From contig CM059433.1 of NCBI GenBank assembly GCA_030390025.1, positions 28,088,001 to 28,152,000 on the forward strand: 64,000 nt of DNA, read 5' to 3'. Of this stretch, positions 1 to 10,729 are shown piece by piece (position 1 is the first letter of the stretch; each line of letters begins with the position of its first letter). Source of the stretch: Squalus acanthias (lineage: Eukaryota). The notes below the pieces were generated by a model. The model was not told the origin of the DNA and did no database searches. It saw nothing but the letters and a program-made list of their open reading frames with translations. The translations under genes were made by a program, and so were the position numbers.

Positions 1-26
1 GACATGACCAATGATAGCTAGTAGTG

Positions 27-457
27 CCAGCCTTGGCTCAGTGACCACACTCTCGGCCTCAGAGTCAGAAGGTTGCCCCGCTCCAAGACTCGAGCACAAA
101 ATCTCGGCTGACACTCTAGTGCAGTACTGAGGGAGTGCTGCACTGTCGGTGGTGCTCTCTTTCAGATGAAACGTTAACCCTGCCCTCTCAGGTGAATGTA
201 AAAGATCCCACGGCACTATTCGAAGAGGAGCAGGGGAGTTCTCCCGTGTCCAGACCAATATATATCCCTCAACCAACATAAACATCTGGTCACGTATCTC
301 ATTATTGTTTGCGGGATCTTGCTGTGCAAAAAATTGGCTGCTGTGACTCCTACATTACAGCAGTGACTATACTTCAAAAGTACTTCATTGGTTGTAAGGC
401 ACTTTGGGACGTCCCGCGGTTGTGAAAGGTGCTGATTAAATGCAAATTCTTTCCTTC
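27..457 (+). mobile_element. DeuSINE (SacSINE1-like) tRNA-derived SINE
   Basis: tRNA-like head (CCTTGGCTCAGT...), Deu-domain motif CAGGTGAATGTAAAAGATCCCACGGCACTATTCGAAG, L2-like tail AAAGGTGCT...AAATGCAA; about ten related copies in the window. Confidence 0.8.
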
Positions 458-827
458 TACCGAATGAACTCAACATCCACCCAGAGTCCATTCCATACAT
501 CTTGGACTCCCGTTAGACCCTTGCCCCCAGACTTTATGATCCCCACCAGGCGGGCGGACCACAATTTCCACGGCCTGCTGCCAGGAGCTCCTCCCAGCTT
601 GCTGGAAGAGAATTAAAGTGGGTGGGGTGGGGTGGGGAAAAGCGAGGGACTAAAACAAGAGAGGGAAGGAGGATGAAATGAAACCTATTGTAGATGAGAC
701 ATCAGTGGCTCTGCTGGGAGTGAAGGGACGGTGCTGTTGGTAAATTAGCAGGCCCATATAATGTTATAAAACTTACCACACAAGCATGGAATAATTGCCC
801 ATATATTTTAAACAGGAAGGAAACAAT

Positions 828-1578
828 GGTCCTTTTTTTCCCGATGCCTACGGGTGCGCATGAGGTGTGTACACACCCGTAGGGACATCGGAAATGCCGG
901 TTTCAGGCATGCGCTGAAAACCGGCATTTCCGATCCGTCAAGAATCCTCTTGACAGATCGGACGCCTGCCCTGGAGAAGGGCCTCTGCGGGGGGGGAGTT
1001 CCGCTTTCTGCAGAACCTCCGCCCGCTGAAAACCCTTAGAAATCTTACGCCTGGTAAAGGCAAGCGTAAGGCCTGCTTTTACCAGCATAAGAGTTTAAAA
1101 AAGTAAAAAAAAAAATTTCCCCCCCCCCCACTCACTTATAATTTAAAGATACTTTAAAAAAAGGTAAGTTTATTTTTAGCCCTGTAAAAAACTTTAATTA
1201 TTTTTTTCAAAAAATTAAATTTGTTTTAAAATATTTAATTTAATGTAATTTTAACTCATTTTAAAAACGTGATTTAAATTTTTTTTTTATGTTTTAGTGC
1301 CTTTTTAGGGTGATCAACATTCATACTTTTGACAGGTCTCTCTCCCTCGTGTATGAAGGGAGATTCCCTTCTTTCATTGGCTCGCCTGGCCCACGTGATC
1401 CCAGGGATGCTTGCGAACCACATGCGCCCCTGGGATACGTGGACCCTGCGCATTTCGACTGTGGAGGCCCAGGGGCGGAAGTGTCCGGACCTTGGGAGCC
1501 CTCAGGTAAGCGCGTAGATTTTTTTCCCCAATAGGAGGCCTCCGCACGCAGGAAGCCTCCTATTGGAAATTACGGGCC
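828..1578. mobile_element. Non-autonomous DNA element (MITE, possibly Harbinger-type) rich in internal palindromes
   Basis: Imperfect TIRs GGTCCTTTTTTTCC / GGAAATTACGGGCC resembling the TIR of the Harbinger at 16990; GC-rich arms with hairpins, AT-rich centre; no clean TSD. Confidence 0.55.
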
Positions 1579-1750
1579 AGAATCTTTATTCAATTAACGA
1601 CAGATCAAGGTGCTTGAATTTCTTTTATAAAAATCAGATAAACTGCACCTTAATTGAATTATGAAAGAACTGAGCAGATCACAGACAGCCACCACCCCCC
1701 ACATGATTAGTAATGTAAATAAATGCTAATGACCATTTATTACAATATTA

Positions 1751-2455
1751 CGACGGGCCACAGCGAAAAACCGCATAGACCTCCTCAGAAGACGAACACG
1801 GGACACAACCAACAGAGTACCCTACGTCGTCCAGTACTTCCCCGGAGCGGAGAAACTACGCCATGTTCTTCGCAGCCTTCAACATGTCATCGATGACGAC
1901 GAACACCTTGCTAAGGCCATCCCCACGCCTCCACTACTCGCCTTCAAGCAGCCGCCTAACCTCAAAAGTACCATCGTTCGCAGCAAATTACCCAGCTGTC
2001 AGGAGAACAGTGACCACGACACCACACAACCCTGCCACGGCAACCTCTGCAAGACATGCCAGATCATGAACACAGATACCGTCATCACACGTGAGGACAC
2101 TACCCACCAGGTACATGGTACATACTCATGTGACTCGGCCAACGTCGTCTACCTGATACGTTGCAGTAAAGGATGCCCCAGAGCATGCTACATCGGCGAG
2201 ACCATGCAGACACTGAGACAACGTATGAACGGACACCGCGCAACAATCGCCAGGCAGGATGGTTGCCTCCCAGTCGGGGAACACTTCAGCAGTCAAGGGC
2301 ATTCAGCCTCGGACCTGTGGGTTAGCGTTCTCCAAGGCGGCCTTCGAGATACACGACAACGCAAAATCATCGAGCAGAAACTGATAGCCAAGTTCCGCAC
2401 TCATGAGGACGGCCTCAATAGGGATATCGGGTTCATGTCACGCTACAGAACGTGA
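1751..2455 (+). CDS. C-terminal part of PLE ORF (linker, Cys-rich motif, GIY-YIG endonuclease), 5'-truncated
   Basis: Stop-free frame from 1751 (RRATAKNRIDLL...FKQPPNLK...PCHGNLCKTC) continuing into track ORF 2066-2455 with VVYLIRC...YIGET...RMNGH...EHF...E...GLN motifs. Confidence 0.85.
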   Translation, partial: RRATAKNRIDLLRRRTRDTTNRVPYVVQYFPGAEKLRHVLRSLQHVIDDDEHLAKAIPTPPLLAFKQPPNLKSTIVRSKLPSCQENSDHDTTQPCHGNLCKTCQIMNTDTVITREDTTHQVHGTYSCDSANVVYLIRCSKGCPRACYIGETMQTLRQRMNGHRATIARQDGCLPVGEHFSSQGHSASDLWVSVLQGGLRDTRQRKIIEQKLIAKFRTHEDGLNRDIGFMSRYRT

Positions 2456-2688
2456 CTTGACATCGTTGTCTGTCTTTCCAGTTTTTAAAAAAAACAAACA
2501 AACACAAAAAACAAACCCAAATGGAGAGGATATGCAGACAGCAGGTTTTGACACGTTGGACCCCCTGGGACACATCTCATTGTCTTGGCTGTGCTCTTGG
2601 TGTGTCTTTGATGTAAGGAAAGATTGTATCTCTGCATTTTCTCTGTGTTTATATTCTATGAATTTTTGTAGATTCACTCATAGTAACT

Positions 2689-2730
2689 TTACCTGAAGAA
2701 GGGGCGATCGATAGCTCCGAAAGCTTGTAA
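2689..2730 (+). ncRNA. Minimal type-I hammerhead ribozyme motif (PLE-associated)
   Basis: TTAC-CTGAAGA-A-GGGGC-GATCGATA-GCTCC-GAAA-GC-TT-GTAA: conserved cores, stem I TTAC/GTAA, stem II, palindromic AAGCTT stem III. Confidence 0.7.
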
Positions 2731-3676
2731 TTTTAAATAAATCTGTTGGACTATAACCTGGTGTTGTGCGACTTCTCATTTATTACAACACTGGCGCTTA
2801 ATGCCTTGTAGGATTGAGCAGCAAATACAGCACTCAGACACAGTGGGGTAAAAGGCTGGTACAGGCAACTCAAGAACCCAACCTGGCTGAGTTCCCAGTC
2901 CCAGCCAAGCTGTGGCAAGAAGCTCCGGCTAGAAACAGAGCATTTCTCTGAAAGGGAGAGGAGGCAAGGGCTGTATCAAAAAAACCATGTTCGTTCAAAA
3001 TCATCTTGAGCAAGTAACAGGTTATGGTGCACTCTGAAAATTAACTATTTTGATTGTAGATGTTTTGTTAACAAGGCTCAAACACATCTGCACACACAGG
3101 GGGGAAAGAAGCTACAACTCTCATTGACAAAAGTCAGACTAAACCACGCAATTAATTTACATAGAATGTACAGCACGGAACAGTTGGGCCAAATGGCCCG
3201 CTTCTATGCCGCTGTCTATGCTGTACATGAGCCTCCTCTCACCCCTCTTCATCTAACTCCATCAGCATATCCTTCTATTCCTTTCTCCCTCGTGTGCTTA
3301 TCTAGCTTCCCCTTAAATGCATCTGTAAGTGGACATTTTCTTTGCAGATCAGATTTTCTTCAACAAGACATAGTTGATAAAACTGTATGGGCCAGCTATT
3401 TCCAAAATGCCCTGTTTGTGGCATTTGTTCAAAGGCAGGCAACATCGGCCCAGTTCTGTCTAATCAAGAGAACTAAAGTGGCTGCCATCCCACAGCAAGG
3501 AAGGTCAAGGTCTGCTCAACTGGCATGGAATGTTGCTTATTATTTCCTACATAAAAACAGCTGATTATTCCAGTTGGTTGTGACAAGGATTTAGTTGCAT
3601 GTCACTCAATGAGCAAAACATGAATGAAGTGTGCTACCTTGCATGGCAACTCTGGTGATCCCCAACCAAACTACAG

Positions 3677-3822
3677 AGATAGAATTGAAAAGCAGAGAAG
3701 TTATGTTAAACTTGTATAGAACCTTGGTTAGACCACACTTGGATTACTGTGCACAGTTCTAGTGCACAGTTCTAGTCTCCATATTATAAAGAAGGATATA
3801 GAGGAACTGGAGAAGGTGCAAT
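3677..3822 (+). mobile_element. CR1 LINE ORF2 3' fragment
   Basis: Encodes degenerate IELKSREVMLNLYRTLVRPHLDYCAQF motif typical of the CR1 ORF2 C-terminus. Confidence 0.75.
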
Positions 3823-3899
3823 AAAATGGAATGGGCAGTCCGATAACAACTTGCATGTCAATCAACGAACAAAACATGAATGAAGTGTGCAACCTTGAA

Positions 3900-4059
3900 C
3901 TTGGTAAAACGTTTCAAGGCACTTCACAGGCGCTTAAATCAGACAAAAATTGACACTGAGCCCAAGAAGGAGACATTAGGACAGATGACCATGGTCAAAG
4001 AGCATTTTAGGAGCCTCTTAAAAAAAGGAGAGGGGGGTGGAGAAGTTTAAGGAGGGAAT
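3900..4059 (-). mobile_element. L2 LINE 3' fragment (interrupted by solo LTR)
   Basis: Matches other L2 3' ends in the window (CAAGGCACTTCACAGG...GACACTGAGCC...GGAGGGAATTCC). Confidence 0.65.
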
Positions 4060-4273
4060 TGTCATAAATCGCAACTTCTACAAGAAGTAACTCAGGGAGT
4101 ACTACTGGGTGGCCAGCTGGGGCACCGTCCGGGGAGTATAAATACTCGGGCGTGGGCCCACCTTGGGCAGAGACAATCTGGAAACAGGAAGCTAGTGACT
4201 GCTAACTAGACCTCCATGTTTTGTTACAAGTCGATTAAAGCCTTGCTTTATGTTGCGAGTCTTTATTACGTCA
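4060..4273 (+). mobile_element. Solo LTR of an LTR retrotransposon
   Basis: Starts TGTCATAA, ends TTACGTCA; 5-bp TSD GGAAT (4055-4059 / 4274-4278); TATAAAT at 4137, ATTAAA at 4234. Confidence 0.75.
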
Positions 4274-5179
4274 GGAATTCCATAGTCTCCCCAAATTTAC
4301 GTAACTGAAGCCAACTTCCAGATCCTGGGAGAACATTTCTGCTCCCGATTCCTAGAGCTTAGGCTCATTCATACTTGGAGTATAGCTGAGTACAATGCAC
4401 ACCTTAAGAGAAAGCTCATCTTTAACTCGTATAATTTAAGTGCCACGTTCTTGACTGAATAGCAGTAACAATCCCCTGGTTAGTACTAGTGTACAAAAAA
4501 CCAGATACAGGAAGGACCAAGAACAACTGAAGCTCAAACATCTGTAATATCAAGTGACCGCAAAGTTCAGACACCTCAAATCTATTAAAGCAAGATCTCA
4601 TTGCACACTATATTTGAGAACCCAGCTGAATATTTCACATTTATTCAAGATTTGTCACACATTTAATAAAACTAACCAAGTCTAATGCGACTCAGTTCAA
4701 AGAAGCGTATCCCATGGAATTAGCGAATCAAAAATACAGGAGGGTTCTAGGCACGGGTAATAAAAATGGTTATTTGGGGAGGCTAGGGCCAAGCTACATT
4801 TACAAAGCAACATTAGAGTTTAACCAAGGCTTAGCTTGTGTCATACTCTTTCAGAATACAAGAAAAAAAACCTCAACAATACTTCTGTAAAACAGTTGGA
4901 ATCGAACACTGTCTGGCTTCAAATACAAATGGTTCAAGGTGAAAGGCAGCCCTCAAATTGGACAAAATCTACAAGCCACAGCAATCATTCCTGCACAGCA
5001 GAATGTGACACCCCCCAGATCAGTAATAAAATTCAGATCATCTCATTTTCTCATATCCACCCCGAATTCTGGCTAAAAACAAACGTAAGTGACAGCAACC
5101 GAAAGTCAACAAATATACACTTGGAGGTGAACAATAGAACAATTTTATTTTAAAACCAGAAACATCTGGTGTACATCAG

Positions 5180-5385
5180 CTACAACTTGCATTTCTATAG
5201 CACCCTTAACTTAGTAAACACCCCAAGGTGCTTCACAGGAGCGTTGTCAAACAAAATGCGACACCGAGCCACAGAAGGAGATATTAGGACAGATGACAAA
5301 AGCTTGGTCACAGAGATAGGTTTTAAAGGAGTGTCTTGGAGGAGAGAGAGGGAGAGTTTCAGGGAGGGAATTCCAGAGCTTAGAG
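5180..5385 (-). mobile_element. L2 LINE 3' fragment
   Basis: ACAACTTGCATTTCTATAGCACC tail and body shared with L2 at 35146-37100. Confidence 0.7.
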
Positions 5386-5577
5386 CATTAAACTATATTG
5401 AAAGAAACAGAAACACAACACTGCATGGCAAACTGAATGGAAGGAACAAAGAAAATACTGAAATGAAATAATAAACTAACACTTGCCACTATCTTCACAA
5501 GATATAAAAAGGTAAATACAAACAAGCTCATCCATCCCCAGTGTCTTCTCACCTAGATAATTATTTGAAGATGTAAT

Positions 5578-6925
5578 GCAAGAGTAAACAAGGGTACTTT
5601 ACTTGGATTTTCAAAAGGCCTTCAATAAGCTACCACATGGTAGGTTCATGACACGGTTAGGGCACGTGGAGTCAGGGGCAAATAGTTGAATGGATAGCAC
5701 ATTGGCTAAAACAATAGAAAGCAGAGAGTAGGGGTTAAGGGTAGTTATTCTGATTGGAGAAAAAGTAGAAAGCAGTGTTCCACAAGGATCAGTGCTGGGA
5801 CCACTGCTATTCATAATTTACATTAACGATTTGGAGTTAGGAATAAGTAAGTTAATATCAAAATTTCCAGATGATACCAAACTGGGGTGTAGCTAACACT
5901 GAGGAAGAATGCAACATAATACAAGAGGACATTAGAAAACTTGCAGACTGGGCAGTTAAGTGGCAAATTAAATTTAACATAGTTAAATGTGAGGTGATGC
6001 ACTTTGGTAGGTAAAGCAGAAACATCACCTGCACCTTAGAAAATAAGAAACTGAATGGGGTAGAAGAGCAAAGGGATCTAGGGATAAAGGTGAACAAATC
6101 ATTAAAAAGCAGAACGCAGGTCTGCAAAGCAATTCAAAATGCTAACAAAGCACTGGTATTTATTTTTAGGGGGGATAGAATTCAAAAGTAGTGAAGTTAT
6201 GTTAAACTTGTACAGGACCCTGGTCAGGCCACACTGACTACTGTGCACAGTTCTGGTCTCCATACTATAAAAAGGACATAGAAGCTCTGGAGAAAGTGCA
6301 AAAAAGATTTACAAGGATGGTACCAGAACTGAGAAATTACAGCTATTGGGAAAAATTGAACATGTTGGAGCTTTCTTCTTTAGAAAAGACTTAGAAGTGA
6401 CCTGATAGAGGTCTTTAAAATTATGAATGGGTTAGACAGGGTAGATGTGCAGAGAACATTTCCACTTGTGGGAGAATCCAAAACTAGGGTCCATAAAAAG
6501 AAGATAGTTACTAATAAATCCAATAGGGAAATAAGGAGAAATTTATTTATTCAGGAGTAGTTAGAATGTGGTACTCGCTACCACAGGAAGTGGTTGAGGC
6601 AAATAGCTTAGATGCTTTCAAAAGAAAACTAGGAGTACATGAGAGAAAAAGGAATAGAAAGATATCGCATTGAAACATTATAAAATTCATTAGGAGCTTG
6701 ACAGGGTAGATGCTAGGGAGATTTTTCCCCTGGCTGGGGAGTCTAGAACTAGGGGATCACAGTCTCATTATAAAAGGAGTCAGCCATTTAGGAACAAGAT
6801 GAAAAATTTCTTCACTCAAAGGGTTGTGAATCTTTGAAATTCTCTATCCCAGAGGGCTGTGGATGCTCAGTCATTGAATATATTCAAGACAGAGATCGAT
6901 TGATTACTGGATATAAAGGAATGGA
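5578..6925 (+). mobile_element. Degenerate CR1 LINE RT and 3' region, with a second CR1 3' fragment from about 6668
   Basis: LDFQKAF, VPQGSVLGPLLF, KFPDDTK, KCEVMHFG motifs with stops and frameshifts. Confidence 0.85.
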
Positions 6926-7055
6926 GAGACAGAGGGGGAGGGGAAGAAAGACAGAGAGGGGGGGGGGAGAGAGAGAGAGAGAGAGGGGAGAGAGGGAGGG
7001 AGAGGAGGGAGAGAACGAGGGAAAGCAGGAAGAGAGATAAAAGAGAAATAGAAAT
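6926..7055. repeat. GA-rich low-complexity tract
   Basis: Purine-rich (GA)n and G-run sequence. Confidence 0.85.
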
Positions 7056-7062
7056 AAAGGCG

Positions 7063-7502
7063 GCATTTCTACAATGCCTTTCGCATCCCCAAGATGTCTC
7101 GAAGCTCTCTATAGCCAATTAAGTACTTTTGAAGTGTAGTTACTGTTGTAATATAGGAAATGCGGCAGCCAATTTGTGCACAACAAGATCCCACGAACAA
7201 CAGGTCATAATGACCAGATAATCTGTTTTAGTAATTTTGGTTGAGAGATAAATATTGGCCAGGAGAACTCCCCTGTTCTTCTTCGAATAGTGCCATGGGA
7301 TCTTCTACTTCCACCCGAGAGCGCAGACGGGGCCTCGGTTTAATGTCTGACCTGAAAGACAGCACCTCCGACAGTGCAGCACTCCCTCAGCATGGCACTG
7401 GAATGTGGGCCTAGATTCTGTGCTCAAGTCTCTGGAGTGGGGCTCGAACCCATGTCCTTGACTCAGAGGCGAGGGTGCTACCACTGAGCCACGGCTGTCA
7501 CC
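7063..7502 (-). mobile_element. DeuSINE (SacSINE1-like), full length
   Basis: Reverse complement of the SINE at 27-457 and 7600-8047, head to tail. Confidence 0.85.
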
Positions 7503-7599
7503 TCACAGAAGATGAGGACGTGCTCCATGTAGCAGAATTGGAAAGAGACGATGTACCATTTCAATTTTTGGGGAGGGAAGAGTGTGGAGGTGATGGTCG

Positions 7600-8047
7600 T
7601 CAGCCATGGTTCTGTGATAGCACTCTTGCCTCAGAGTCAGAAGGTTGTGGGTTCAAGCCCCACTCCAGAAATTTGAGCAGATATTCCCCACTGACACACC
7701 AGTGCAGTACCGAGGGAGTGCTGCACAGTCGGAGGTGCCATCTTTCGGATGAGACGTTAACTGAAGTCCCGTCTGCCCTCAACGGTGGACATAAAAGATC
7801 CCACAGCACTATTTTGAAGAAGTTCTTCCCTGTGTTCTGGCCAGCATTTATCCCTCAACACCTAAAAATAGATGATTTGCTCATTTATTTCATTGCTATT
7901 TGTGGGAGTTTGACATGTGCAAATTGGCTGCCGCATTTCCCTACATTACAACAGTGACTACACTTCGAACTTCATTGGCTGCAAAGCGCTTTGAGGCGTC
8001 CTGAGGTTGTGAAAGGTGAGATATAAATGCAATTCGTTCTTTTCTTT
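7600..8047 (+). mobile_element. DeuSINE (SacSINE1-like), full length
   Basis: tRNA head with B-box-like GGTTCAAGCCC, Deu domain, L2-like tail. Confidence 0.85.
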
Positions 8048-9249
8048 TGGTACTCATGGTACTTTCTTTCTCGTGGGTTTAATCAGGTTGAATCCTAAAA
8101 TCAGAACAGCTTCATTATTGTAGTCTATAAGCACATTGGCACTTGGGTCAAAGGTTACCAGTTTAAAATACAGATGGCGATTGCATTAGGAACTCGAAAC
8201 CCAAAACAGTAAAATACTTGTTCAAGAGTCTGCCGGCCATCTGGAATATTGTTCCATTGTGGAGTCAGCAAAATCTGCGCCCACACGAGAACCAAACACT
8301 AGTACAGACAGACTGCCAACCTCCCGGAGATAACTCGACCTAACCATCTAGCGCACTGCCTGGCTTCGCTCGTACAGACGCCTCCCTCAACGTAGGAATA
8401 GTGGCAAGAACGGCCAACCACTACCAAGCTGTAGTTTCAGAAAGGGAGATCAGACATTGCACACTGTATGGACTCACAGCTGGCTTTGAAATCCTCGCAT
8501 GGAAATACAGTCACCACAACAATGAAAAAAACTCAATGTTGGAAATCTGAATGAAAAAATTACACAAAATGCTGGAAATACACAGGTCACTGAAAGATAA
8601 AGATGGGTTACTTTAAGTGGGATGCTTTGTCAGAACACTGATCAAAAAGGCAACAAACTCTAGTGTGATGTTTATTTTTGACAATAAACCTCATGCTGTT
8701 ATTGTCCTTCACCAGTACAAAGATATCCACTGTAACAAATTAAAAATGCAATTTTAAAATCAGAGGCAACTATGAAAATATATTTAAAAATCTCAAAAGA
8801 ATGTGAATTACACACAAGCAGCTGCAGTGGAGATTAATATATGTGCTCTGCACAGCTTCCATGATGGACCATAGCTCCCTCCAATGGCAGGGAAAGTTAC
8901 CAGGTAGAATTGTCTTCAAATGGCTGAGAGCAAAAAAAAGTGGCTCCAATGTAAAATACAACATGAGTGATAGGATCTAGGTCACTCTCTGCTGGCCACA
9001 GGTGGAATAGGTCCAAGGAGTCTCAATGTGATGCCTCGTGGGTCAGAGACCATAGCCCACAATTCATCAATTCCAGTCAGCCAGGCGATAACCACAGGTG
9101 GGTAGCATCTGTAAAATTCAATTATTGCCACACACTGCTGGGTAGAGGCAGGGGATAGTGATTCAACCAAACACAGCGCAAAGTCAGGGTCCAGATCTGG
9201 CTCCGGAAAGTGAGTGGACGTGGAATCCAACTCTGTCCCTCAGGGCCAT

Positions 9250-9785
9250 AGGATGTCAATTGTTTGCTGAAACCCTCATCCAGGCCTTGGTTACCTCTAG
9301 ACTTGACTATTCCAATGCTCTCTTGGCTGGCCTCCCATCTTCCACCTGTGCTCATCCAAACCAAAACTCTGCTGCCCGTCAAATTTTGTTTGATAATGCT
9401 CCTGTGTAGCGCCTTGGGACGTTTTACTACATTAAAGTTGTTAAGGCGCAATATAAAATGTTGCTGTTGTCTTACATCTCCGTAACCTCGCCAGCTCCAC
9501 AACCCTCTAAGATCTCTGCACTCCTCCAATTCTGGCCTCTTCCATGTCAGATTTCCTTCATCCTCACGTTGGCAGCCATGTATTCAGCTGCCTGGGTCCC
9601 AAGCTCTTGAACGCCTTCCTGAAACCTCTCTGCCTATAAGTCACTCCTTAAAACCAATCTCTTTGCCCAAGTGTTTGGTCACCTGGCCTAATATCTCCTT
9701 TAGCTTGGGTGTCAAATTTTGTCCGATTACGTTCCTGCAAAAACGCCTTTACTACATTAAAGGCGCTATATAACTGCAAGTTGTT
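9250..9785 (+). mobile_element. L2 LINE 3' fragments (two tails)
   Basis: AETLIQALVTSRLDYSNALLAGLP motif; tails ending ...ATATAAAATGTTGCTGTTG and ...GCTATATAACTGCAAGTTG. Confidence 0.8.
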
Positions 9786-10069
9786 TTCAGATATTAGCAT
9801 TTCCGTGCTACTTTCCGGAGCTCTACCAATGGAATTTAAGTGGAACAGAGGGACAGTGGGTCCAGCATTCAGACCTGATTGTTTATCAGAGTTCTCAATG
9901 TCACCAAGTGCATCACTGGCCTACCACAGATTTCCTATCTTAGACCTAGCTCAAAAAAGCATTACTGATTATATTTAGATTAGATTTCCGGTGCTAATCT
10001 CATTTTAGAACTACCCTTAAGCGAACAACACTAGTCAGGAACAGTTACAGCACTGAGACAATGTTGCAG

Positions 10070-10393
10070 TCGGAGCTGCTGTCTTTTGGATGAGATGTTA
10101 AACCGAGGCCCCGTCTGCCATCTCAGGTGGATGTAAAAGATCCCATGGCAGTATTTCAAAGAGCAGGGTAGCTCTCCCCAGTGTCCTGGTCAATATTTAT
10201 CCCTCATTGAGCATCACTAAAAAATGATCTGATCATTATCTCATGGCTGTTTGTGGGAGCTTGCTGTGCACAAATTTCCTACATTACAACAGTGACTACA
10301 CTTCAAAAGTGCTTCATTGGCTGTAAAGCGCTTTGGAGCATGTTGAGATTATGAAATATGCTATAGAAATGCAAGCCCGTTCGTTCTTTCTTT
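10070..10393 (+). mobile_element. DeuSINE (SacSINE1-like), 5'-truncated
   Basis: GATGAGATGTTAAACCGAGGCCCCGTCTGCC Deu domain and tail. Confidence 0.8.
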
Positions 10394-10729
10394 CTAAAGC
10401 CAGACAAGGATTAATAAAATATAGTCTGATGACATGAGGCGTGGACAGTGATCGTCACAGATACGTGAACCAACCAGCAGCAGCTGGGCTTTTGTAGTTT
10501 CCAGCTGGCAATTTGGCCACTTGTGACAGGAAGGGGACGAGACTCCAAAATGCCGGATATAATTGTATGAAAAGAAAATATTTGGCGGAAGTTTTCTGGA
10601 TTCAAAATAAAATCAAAATCAAATCCTGGCAGAAAAGTGTCACTGTATTAGTTATAAAAAGAAATGAAACACTCATCTATAATGTGTCATTCTTCCTTTG
10701 ATAATACTTCTCTTATTTGCTGTTAATAC

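Larger units (their letters stand above)
1746..2776 (+). mobile_element. 5'-truncated Penelope-like retroelement (PLE)
   Basis: GIY-YIG endonuclease ORF, 3' hammerhead motif, direct repeat CATTTATTACAA at 1734-1745 and 2777-2788 (putative TSD). Confidence 0.9.

Noticed and set aside
10425..10475. CTGATGA motif (another at about 34459)
   Set aside because: No GAAA core or helices in the required arrangement
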